Assembly: GCA_051362555.1 (NCBI GenBank)
Contig: CM120647.1
Location: 16,530,651-16,594,650 of the forward strand
DNA: 64,000 nt
Direction: 5' to 3'
DNA from: Lingula anatina
Lineage: Eukaryota > Animalia > Brachiopoda
The translations under genes and the position numbers were made by a program. Shown one piece after another: positions 50,737 through 62,400 of this stretch. Below the pieces are notes generated by a model that saw only the letters and a list, made by a program, of their open reading frames with translations, did no database searches and had not been told where the DNA came from. Within the stretch, counting starts at the first letter, position 1, and every line of letters starts with the position of its first letter.

Positions 50737-53422
50737 GGGGGGGGGTCCCCTTTATATCAGAGATTCCTGGAAACTAACCACCAGTATTAGTATGCCTGTA
50801 CTGTTTCCAGTAACTGGGAACTTTCAAGTTTTTTTTTCAAAAATTGAAAATTTGAAGTTTTGACAATTGAAAGCTTTTCATCATTTACTAGATACAGCAA
50901 ATAAAAAAAAAAACAAACAAATTTAGAGTTTTTCCCCTCTTATTACTAAAAACAGCAGTTTACCATAAATTTTTAAAACTTTTTATGGAGAAAAATTATT
51001 GCCCTGGCAAAATTCCCATAACCTTAGGAACTCAGGGTGAGGGGGGCGGGGGGTGGGGGTGGCTGGGTTTAACATATTGGCACTTCATATTGTCCATATT
51101 CCTCTAAAGTTTGTTTTTCTTATTTCCCTTTGCCAGGTCACAGGTCACAAACAGATTGGAATACTTACATGATCTTGCAAAATTCCTGATCATCATATAA
51201 CTATTTTTCTGGTATTTAAAGTAAAAATATTAGTTTGTTCTTTCATTTGTCCTTGTATATTTTACTTTCAACTTGAAACGTGCTATTAATTCCACCAAGT
51301 TTGTTTCTGTCTGTGTTGGTTTATTAGATAACAACCAAACCATGCTATGGACAGATTTTGATTAAAAAAATCTTCAGAATAGGTCAGAGAATGGATTACC
51401 TTAGAATTTATAAGATTTTAGTGTTAATCCATTGATTTACTAATTAATATAATAATTAAACATATGAATTGACCTACCTTGGGGGGGGGGGGGGAGGGCT
51501 GTGCCCACTGATTGCTTTTCTAGTTAGTTTGCTATGTAAAACAGCTGCTTAGATGTCCTGTGTCACATGATTGTACTTTGGGAGAGTTCAGGATGGAATC
51601 TTTATATTTTTTTTCCTCATGAGTTGTGAAAGTTTGAGTAGTTGCTAAATTGATCATAAATGTATCAATTCTTAAAAGTCAGGAAAATTTGTGGATTTAA
51701 AGTTGGGGGTGGGGGGTGGGGAGGAGGAGTTTTTTTAGATTTGGTGGATAATGTATGAATGTTTAAATGCTGGATGAGGTAGATGTTGAAAAACAGAAAA
51801 TTCTGCAGAATTAGTTTTTTTTTCTTTTTCTGTTCCCAACACAAGATTATTGATGTGCTATATTGTTACTGTAATCAAGACCTTGAGGAGATGAGATTTA
51901 TAATGTCATTTGTTTATAAGGTTGGATTATTAGCGCTTCTTTGATATCCATATTCAGTCAGAAATGGGAGATGTAGCAATGGCCTGAAGGTTCTATAGTT
52001 TTAAATTAATGCATAAATAAATGTATAGTGTATTGGCAATAAAAGTGAAGTTCATCAGAGGCACGGATGTACAATTTTTTGGACCAGTGAACCTTCAGAC
52101 TATTGAGATGCCCCCGGAAAAGCATGATGTCATTTGGAACATCATGATTGCTTCGTTTTATTTTGCACATGTATAATTTGTCAATGTTATATCCAATTAC
52201 TTGCTCGTCTTTTTCCTTCTTTTAACAAAAAGGCATTTATTGTATCTTGTTTACTCGACTTTGAAATCTTATACAAATTGGAAGGCCATACATTTTCTTA
52301 AGGACATTTTGAATACACAACCTGCAGTTAACCTTGTGCTTAATATGTTTTTAGGCTTTTTTTTGTGTTTTTTTTTAACCTTGATGTTTTTATGGTTCAA
52401 AATGGTATAATACTGTCAATTTTTGTGATAATTGAAGTGTAATTAATATGGCCATATCAATTAAATTTATGATATTCATCAAAGCGCACAATGAAGTACT
52501 GTTAAATGTACTAAAGGTATTAAAATGTTATCAAAATGTGGATTTCAGTTGTATCAATTTATGTGTCTATACCTATCCTCAAATAAAACTTATGAAAATT
52601 ACTTAAATTTTAAAAAACGTTTTTCTTTTTTCTTATATCTTACTTTACCATTAGATTCATCAGTTTTATTCAGTCACAGAATCACTTTAAACACGAAACC
52701 AAACAGCCTGTCAATAATTTGAATCAACTTCTTTCAGAATTACCAAAGAAACATTTTTTGCCAGAATGTTTGGGTAAAGTTATAAAATCATTTTGTTAGA
52801 ATACAATGAATACATACAGTACACGACGTGTTTAACTACAACTGTATATCCCATGTTATGTTCAATTCAAATTTCACAGTTAATATCAAAATCCGAGTTT
52901 CAGTTGTCTGTTTGTACATCTATCCTTGATAAAACTATCCTGGAAACTGCAAAAGGAAGACGAAAAGCAAATTGCTATATTGAAAACGACTTGAGGGGTC
53001 CTCACACATTCACGACATAACTGGAAACTGCAGAGATAACGAACTGATTAAAGAAGTAAGTTTCCAGTTATCTCAGGATCACCAGGTGAATACTCTACGG
53101 TTGTCTGGAAGTTATTATGATTGTACCAAGTTTATCTGGAGAAAAAACTTTAAATAGGAAATGCGACTTTCCCCGTGTTATTACATCTCTAATGTTTGGA
53201 GGTATAAATAGGTTTGCTCCCAAATCGAGGCGAAGGCCCGGATGATCAATGTTTTCATTCATCGGCGCGAAACACGGCAAATTTCAACTTAATAATTATC
53301 AATCAGCTGATTATCAGTCGATCAAATCGAAGCTTAGGACTCAGGGGCACACTTGGCGTACGAAACGGTGCGCTTATTGATCGAAGGAGGGGTTTTTAAG
53401 CGTGCGAAGGAGAGACCCCGTC

Positions 53423-56400
53423 ATGGCCACGTCTTTTCTCGCAGCGAGCCACGATGCCTTGACGCCAGGCAGTGCGAAGCGTAAGAGGAGCAAGCCGGCG
53501 AAAAAGCAGGTCACGCAAACGGGGCCCTTGTTCAGCCCATCGGTGGACAGCGGGGTTACTCTTGGTGCGTATTTACTGTAGATCGAGTACTTTTAATGCT
53601 AAATACGAGATGGTTGGTGGTTTATTTAGTTATTTTCGAGAATTTTCTGGGAGACTGATCGCATTTAGGGGTTCGATCGAGGCCACCTGAGTCGGGGGGC
53701 TTCCAGTGTCTTTACGGTCGGGTTACCGTCGTTAGGACGGTGCCCGACTGTGTTTACCGCCGTGGTGTTTATAAAACTGCTTTCAGCATGTTGTTACTAT
53801 GTTCTATTAGTGATTTTTAATTTCGCTTTGAATGAAAATATTGCTGACGAGTTGTAGTGGGTAATTTACTACACTGTTGAGTATTGTTGAGATACTATAT
53901 TGTTAATGGTGAACGACGTGAATGGGCATGAGTTGATAAAATTAAATTGTTTACTGTGTAATGCCTAACAAGTCATTGTTGGTTGGCAATTAATAATACA
54001 TTCCTGCAGCTGATTAGTTTATAAGATAGATCTACCTATATTTAATTAAAAGGTTTATTAACAGGTTTTAATTATTACCAAGTAACTATTGCCCAAAAAT
54101 GTATGAGCCATTGAATAACACGCACAAAACTGATGAAATGATAAAATAGATAATATTGAGAATGGATATAGTAAAAGACAATTTATTATGAAATCAATAT
54201 TTGTATTTTTAGATGTAGGTGGGGTAATAAGCTTGAAATTATAAGAAAAAAAAACTAGAAAACATGCTATTTTTAAATATTAGTCTTCATTTTCATAAAA
54301 CTACATACACTAACAAGTACTGCCTTCAGCATAGATGAATCAAGAGAAATTCTAAACCGACTTAGAAAAGTGAAAAGAATCAACCTGTCATTCCTTGTGT
54401 TAACTTGGTTTAAAATGGTTGAGAGAAAAATTATTTTTAAGCTTGAATGATTTTAAATGGAGTTGTCTCAAAGTGATATCAGTGTCATGTTATTACAATC
54501 TGGTATTGATAACAGGAAAGATAGGCAAGATGTTTAAATGGAGATGAATATCAAAGTTTTCTAATGACAGGCTCAGCTGTACCTGCATGTAATTGCTTTG
54601 AATTGTGTTATGAAACAGATGGTTACTTAAGTTCATGTAGGTTCAGAATATCACATATGAAAAAAAAAAGATAGTCAACTATATTATTTTTTATAGCTCT
54701 TGGGTTGCATTCCCAATAAAACTGTTGTTTCCTTATATCGATCCAACTCTGTGGAGACTCGTGCCTCCTCCTAGTGTTGAGTAGAATACAGAAAAGCTAG
54801 TGATTAATAGAAGTAAGTTGGAAAGAAGAGGAGGTGTGTTTATCTGTTAAACTGATTGCATTCAGCTAGCACCCCCAGGGAGTTGGATTGATCTGTGTTG
54901 AATGAATAGTTTCGTTGGGAATAGTTTCGTTGGCCCGTAGCAAGGCCATGTTGTAGCTTTGAAAAGGATTAAGAACTGGATAACAACTCTGCTTCACTTT
55001 AGTTTCAGCTCAAAGCGATTCATCTCTCGGGTCTTCAGATGCAACAAAAAAGCACAAAAAGCAGAAAGACCTGGACTCCTCTGGTCTGGAGTCCCCTCTC
55101 AGTTCTCCTGAGGTGTCCAGGAAGTCTAAAAAGACAAAGTTGGCTTCTCCAACTCAGGGAGAGCTTAGCACAGACAGCACTGAGCCGGATTTAGAGACAA
55201 AGCCAGTCGTCGGAGGGCAAGGAGATTCAACAGGTGTGTGTGTGTTATTTTGTTACTCCCCCCCCCCCCAAAAAAAAAAAAAATTGTATATTTTGTTGGT
55301 TTGCTTGTTTTTACAAAGCCAAATTTAAAAAGATATGGATGGGAGTTATGGATGCTGCATTCACAACCAGAGTTGATCTGCCAACTTACAGATCTGTGGA
55401 TAAAATATGGACGACCCACTTGAAAGTTTTTCTCATAATCCCTGCAGGGAAGCTGTTAGGGGACTATGTGGCAAGCCTTCAAGTAGGTCGGTCATATCTG
55501 ATACAGGGCTAACTTAGAATGTTTAAGGTTTTAGTTGGGATATCCAAAATTGATTTATTAATTGATTTGTCTATTGATTAGTTATCTGTTTAAGTTCCTA
55601 GAATTATAAATGAATAAAGTGATTAATGAATAAAGTAATTATCATTAAATTAACTACATTTCACTAACTTACAGAGCCACAGTGGACAGAAGAGCAAATG
55701 AACATGCTGATATCTAATATTGAAAGGACATTGCCCAAGAAAGATAACTCTAAGTATAGCACCCAGCTGGCCAAGGTCAGCTGGGAGGACATGGTCATTG
55801 AGGGAAAAACTGCTGACCAGTGCAAGGCCAAATGGACGGAGATTATGACCAAGGTAAAAAGAAATAAGTGATTATAAGGAAAAGGATTCAAAGTCATAGG
55901 CCTCTATAAGATTGGCTTATATTGGTTTCATGAGATATTTTTTAAATGTAAAATGGTTAAAATATTTTTTCTCTCTAAAGTGTTTTTTTTTCTTTGTGAG
56001 TGTCTATATTATGCGGATGCAATTAAGATAATTTAAAAGTCAAAAAGTACATAGTCAAAAAGAATAATATATCAATCAATTTTTGATAATTGAGTCACCA
56101 AAAACAATAATAAAAAAAATGAAAAAGTAGTCATCACCTGCACCAAAAATTTCCAGTTGATCCTGTAGCCCTTGTCACTCTGTGTTTTTAAAAATATTTT
56201 TCAGATAAGAAAATTCCGCACTCTCACAGATTTAGTTGGAGATGCCAAGGAATGGATAAAACACCCTTGGACTAATAACAACACCATAAAGGTAATGCTG
56301 ATACAGACATTGCTCTTCTTTTTCTTCGCTTAAAATTTTAAAATCATTTATTTGTTATCTTGTGCAGTTTTTCAACCAAACATTTTATGTTTTTTTTTAT

Positions 56401-59400
56401 TCATCTGTGCATTTATTTGCGAAGATTATGGATTTCTCTGTGGTAGTAGTATTTCAGCACTTGTCTTTTGCCTATGATTTTCTTCGACATATACTTCTAG
56501 TCATTAGCAGTATTCAGACTTTTCTGACTACTGGTGGGTTTCTGACTTTTTGGGAGCCAAAGATATCATTTTTAAGATTGATACAGAGGGTTTGTCTGGA
56601 CCCCATGCCATATATGTCAGACTTTAATGTTGTTATTTTCAGACTTTTTCACTAAATGTCAGTCTCATCCCTGCATCATTTGTAGATTTTCAGACATGTA
56701 ACCAAAATGTTTTTAATTAAATAAGCTGCTGGAGTTGATATAAAACAGTCAAGGTTTACATTACAGAAGAGACACCCAGACATGCCCAAGAAACCCCTGG
56801 GTCCCTTCTTCAGGTTTATGATGGCAAAAAGAAATAAATACACCAAGCAAAACCCAGGGATGTCCATCACTGAAGTGGCCAAACTAATTGGGGAAAAGTA
56901 CAAGGAGCTCAATCCTAAGAAGAAAGTGAGTGATAATTTTGTATTATATTTGAATTTATATTGAAAAAGTCATTTCATTTGGGAAGTTTTTCATGGCTGA
57001 CAAATTTTTCAATTGAGGAAAAGTACAAGGAGCTCAACCCAAAGAAGAAAGTGTGTTACGAGGTTGTTTTATATTCAGTTTAGAGTCAGCCTGGTGAAAA
57101 AGTCCTTCAATCTGGAAAATTTTTCATTGCTGCTGATTGAAAGTATGGCTGTCTTTTTAAAATTTCATCATGTGTTTTATTTCTCTATCAAGTTCATAGT
57201 TTAAGTTTTCTTAGCTGCTGTTTTTGAATGTTTTTCGTCATGTTTCTTATTCATTAATGATTGTAATAGTTAAAAATATTTTATTTTTTGTTTGTTTGTT
57301 TGTTTTTTACAGGAGCAATATCATAAGATTTGGTTGAAAGAGCAAGAGGAATATAAGGAGGCACTGGAAAAATTCAAGTAAGTTAGATTCAGGTGCAGGT
57401 ACTGGATATCTTCCATTCACTGGCAGATAATGATTATGGAAAAAAGAACATCAAGCAGAAAACAAAAATGAAAATTGATTTATGTATATTTAAAAAAATC
57501 AAAGGCTTTTTTCAGCTGTCTCCATTTGTTTGCTCTTCTCCTGAACATAAAGACAAATTTGTCAAAAAATATTGTGATGATGCCAGTTAGAGGATACTCT
57601 TTCAAACTTCAGCACATTATGCTGCAGCATAGAATGCAGCATGAATTTTATAAAAGCAGATATTTTAAGTAATTTTTCTTTCTATTTTTCCAGACAGGAC
57701 CACCCAGAGCTGTATGTTCAAGAGGAAGAGGAAAAACCGAAAACCCCAGCAGCTCAAAAGATCCCTAAAGACAGGAAACCCCGCCCACCTCAAAACGCCA
57801 TGTTTCAGTTCGTACATCACAAGATGGATAAACATATGGCTAAACATCCAGATGTGAGTGTTGATTGGAGTACGGTCAGTGCTGTCCCTGCCCTTCCTCT
57901 CCCAGTTTCTAAATTCACAGGCCTTTACTTCAAATAGCGATGAATTACAGAGCTTTACATTGCTTAGTCTATCGTACCATGTGTGACTAAAGCCCTATTG
58001 CTTATATGAAATTGACTCGATTTGATGAAAGAAAACCAATCACTAATTTCTCTCAAGAATTTACTTACTTAGATTTACTAAAATTTGCCTAGCCTAATTT
58101 ACATATCATATCATATCACAACTGCAGCAATGTTACACCTAACACATTGTGTTTTAGCTGTACAACTTGGTTGTGACGTGCCAATGTGGTCTGTTGTGTC
58201 TCAACTAACACAGTGGTTCACATTTTTACTGCTGTGGCAGCACAACACAAATGTGGCATGTATCTCAACTAACACAATCATCATCATTTCAGGATGACAA
58301 GAAGGAAGTAGCAGAATTATACAGGAAGAAGTACAAAGAAATGAAGGACAGCAAAAAGATGGTGTGGATTATGAAGGCTTTAGAAGACAAAGCCAGGTTT
58401 GATGTGAGTTTATTTTTGACCATTTCAAGCTATTTCTCATTTTTATGTACAGACACAGATGTGTCTGTACATATAGCCATCATCTGCGTCTGTCGTCGCC
58501 GTCGCCGTCGTCGCTGTCGCCGTCGTCGCCGTCGCCGTGCACTTTTACCGATAACACGATAAGTGGAAAACCATTTTACCTTTTGACTTGAAACTTGCAG
58601 AACTGATGAATATTCATAATACGCAGGTCAAGTTCGAAAATCAGCATGATCGGGTCACTTTTAGGGAATTTATGCTGTTTTTTCACTTTTTTCAGCATAT
58701 ATGCAGCACCGATAACACGATAAGTGGAGAACCATTTTACCTTTTGACTTGAAACTTACAGAACTGATGAATGTTCATAATACGCAGGTCAAGTTCGAAA
58801 ATCAGCATGATCGGGTCACTTTTAGGGAATTTATGCTGTTTTTTCACTTTTTTCAGCATGTATGCAGCACCGATAACACGATAAGTGGAAAACCATTTTA
58901 CCTTTTGACTTGAAACTTACAGAACTGATGAATATTCATAATACGCAGGTCAAGTTCGAAAATCAGCATGATCAGGTCACTTTTAGGGAATTTATGCTGT
59001 TTTTTCACTTTTTTCAGCATATATGCAGCACCGATAACACGATAAGTGGAAAACCATTTTACCTTTTGACTTGAAACTTACAAAACTGATGAATATTCAT
59101 AATACGCAGGTCAAGTTCGAAAATCAGCATGATCGGGTCACTTTTAGGTAATTTATGCTGTTTTTTCACTATTTTCAATATAAATGCAACACTGATAACA
59201 CAATATAAGAAAAACGCATTGGCCAATTGTAATTATACTCACAGGAGTGGTCAATCTTACTAAAACGCAGGTTGAGTTCGAAAATAAGCATAATCGGGCC
59301 ATTACTTAAGAAGTTATACTGTTTTTTCACATTTCCTCAGATTCAATTATTAGGCATGTTAACAGTCTCATTATTTAACTAATAAGATGCCTAAAAGTGT

Positions 59401-62400
59401 TTGTTTGATATTTCCTGCATCTTTACAACATTGTTAGTTGATTATGTAAAAAACATGGTAAACTTGTTATCATGTATTGTGTAATAAAGTGTCAAAAATG
59501 GAAATAAACTCATATCATTGCAGTTTGTCAGATTCAATCATCCACTATGTTCAGAATCTCAGAATGGAGGAAATTGGACATTTAACACTGTTCTATTGAT
59601 ACTTTTCCCATCTCATCAATTTTCTTAGTTGGACATATATAAATGGCAGTAAAATGTTTATTTTGTTTTATGTTTAAAAAGTGTTAAAAATGGAAATAAA
59701 CCCATTTCAGAACAATGCTGTCTTGTTTACATTTTGGCATTATCAAGGCGTGACTTTGAAGTTCCATGGGCCTGAAGACCTTTGCTAGTCACATTTTCTG
59801 AATATCTGTGATACAAATATTTTATAATTAAAAATTGATGGTCATTAAGCTGTTAAACATTATGTAATATTGCATCAAAATTTGAAGAAACCCCCATTTT
59901 GGGCACTGCTTCCATGATGATCATTTAAGGAAAATCATGTCACTCACTGTTCTCAAACTTACAGGAAAGAAACATGGGACTAAAATATAGCTTCAATAGG
60001 CAACGCAGTCTGTTTGGTAAAATTTTCTGGCAATTTAACAGTTTTTTGTGAAAATTTAATTTTTCACTTATTTGCATCTTTATTTCACTTTTCTCAGCAT
60101 ATATGCAGCACCGATAACACGATATGTGAAATACCATTTTACCTTTTGGCTTGAAACTTACAGAACTGATGAATATTCATAATACGCAGGTCAAGTTTGA
60201 AAAACAGCATGATAGAGCCACTTTTATAGAAGTTATGCTGTTTTTTCATTTTTTTAAGTTTTGATGAAGTTATTAGCCCTTTTGTATATAAGTGGGTTTT
60301 CTTCAGATTTAATTATTAGGCATGTTGACAGTCTCATTATGGAACTAATTAGATATGAAAAAGTGTTGTTTTGACATTTTCTGCTTGTTAACAATATTGT
60401 TAGTTGATTATATAAAAATGACGGTACACCTTTTATTGTGCATTGTGTAATAAAGTGTCAAAAATGGAAAGGAACTCATATCATTGCAGTTCGTCATATT
60501 CAATCATTCACTATGTTCAGAATCTCAGAATGGAGCAAGTTGGACATTTATAATTGTTCTATTGATATTTTTGCTTTGACAGCATATTTTTTATTGATCA
60601 TATAAAAATGACAGTAAATTGATTATTTTGCTTTATGTAAAAAAGGTGTTGAAAATGGAAATAAACTCTTTCAACACAGTTTACTCTTGTTTACATTTTG
60701 GGATTTTCAAAGTATGACTCTGAACTCTATGGGCTAGTCACATTTTCTGAATATCCATGATACTTTTATTTTATCATTAAAAAATTTATGGTTATTATGC
60801 TGTTAAGCATTGTGTAATATTGCATCAAAATTGAACAAAACCCTATTCTGGGCACTGCCTCTGTAGTGGCGGTGAAAGGAAAACCATGTCACTTGCTCTT
60901 CTCACACTTACAGGAAAGAAACAGGACTGAAATACAGCTTCAGTTGAAAAATTGTCTCATTAGTTAATTGTTTGGAAGTAATACAGGTTTTTTGTGAAAA
61001 TGTTTATCTTTCATAGTTGCAATTTTCAATGTGGGACTTAGAGCTCCCTTGGGCATGAAGCCTAGTGGTAATCAAATTTTTTTCTTAATGTCCATGTTTT
61101 TAATAGTAGATATTTTAAAATTGGTGGTATTTAATTAGTTAATCATTATGTAATGTTGTATCAAAATTGACAAAAAACCTACTTTGTGCTCTGCCACCAT
61201 TTCCAAAGTATGACTCTGACTCTGAAAGAGTAAAGTTTTACTTTCTATTTTTTTAACTATTCTTACAAGAATGATTCTTAGGATTGACATACAGCTCATA
61301 TTAGAAAACCAGCTCTATTGGATTATCATTTTTATTAAATTTATGCATTTTTTGTGAAATTTTCATTTTTCTCATTCTGGCACTTTCTAATTGAAAACTT
61401 GAACTCTGATGGGCCTGGAGCCTTATGCTTTTACTTTCATCAGTATTACCTGTTGTGCATAATTAAAATTTGATGTTGACTGTGCAGTTAAACATAATGT
61501 ATTATTGCATCAGAATTGGCAGTCTCCTGTTTTTGTGCATTATTGTTTTCTGCTTTTCTTAAGGTGTGACTTATGGGCCTGAAGACCTTTGATAGACAAA
61601 TTTGTGTGGTCAGTCTTTAAATTCCCCTTGGGTATTCACTAGGCTAATTTCAGTGCTATAAACTCATTTGCCTAATTAAGCGGCCATTAAATGAAATTTC
61701 ATAAAGCACACTTGTTGATATTTCCCTGTAAACTCCCAAAGGTTAAGCTCTCTGCTAGATAACATAGTGTCCATAATAAGGAAGCAGTGAATAGCAGCTT
61801 CATTGGAATTATATTTTTGTTGTTTTCTTTGTAATTTTTTCTCCAACACTGGCATTTTTAAGATGTGATTGTTAACGTCTATCCACCTGAGGCTCTGCAC
61901 ATTTTCAGTATTTCCACATAAGCAGTTGTATTGGTATTTATGTCTTTAAACACGCTGTAATATTATTTTATGCACTGTCATCATTTTTCATATATTGGGA
62001 CTTTCATCATGTGAATTTTAACTCTCATGGTCCTGAAACTGTAATCTTATTGAAGGGGTGGATTGAGACCATTTTCTGGGTCTCCTGGAAGACAGTCAGA
62101 TTTTAAAGTTTATATTTACGGGTTTCTGTTGGAAGACCATCAAAATGGAGGATGGATCAACAAAGATACTTTGGAATACTGTCAGAAAATATCTCTGAAT
62201 CTGCTCCATGTTACCTGTTGTGCATGATTAAAAATCAGTGTTGACTGACTGTGCTATTATAAGCATATATTATTGCATCAAAATTGACAAAATGACCTAT
62301 TTTGCATCTTTTTTTTCTGTTTTTTTGTCTGTACATTTGACAGCTTTGCTGCCTTGTTTATCTTAGGAATGTCATGTAGTAGTAATCTCCATGAAAAAAA

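Larger units (their letters stand above)
58441..62359 (+). mobile_element. Non-autonomous Helentron-like (HINE/DINE-1-type) element, ~3.9 kb, in a UBTF intron
   Basis: 5' T-run then hairpin TATGTACAGACAC-AGAT-GTGTCTGTACATA (58444-58473), (GTC/GCC)n microsatellite 58488-58537, internal tandem repeats, 3' subterminal repeat TGTCTGTACAT 62326-62336 followed by stem-loop GACAGC-TTT-GCTGCC and TTGTTT. Confidence 0.8.

Noticed and set aside
58488-58540. Poly-Arg C-terminus in ORF 58251-58562
   Set aside because: Read-through past the donor at 58404 into the TE microsatellite.
58547-59190. Hammerhead ribozyme/retrozyme in the 161-bp repeat (CTGATGA...CGAAA)
   Set aside because: No stem II closing pair, no stem I complement, extra A before stem III; Helentron context explains the repeat.
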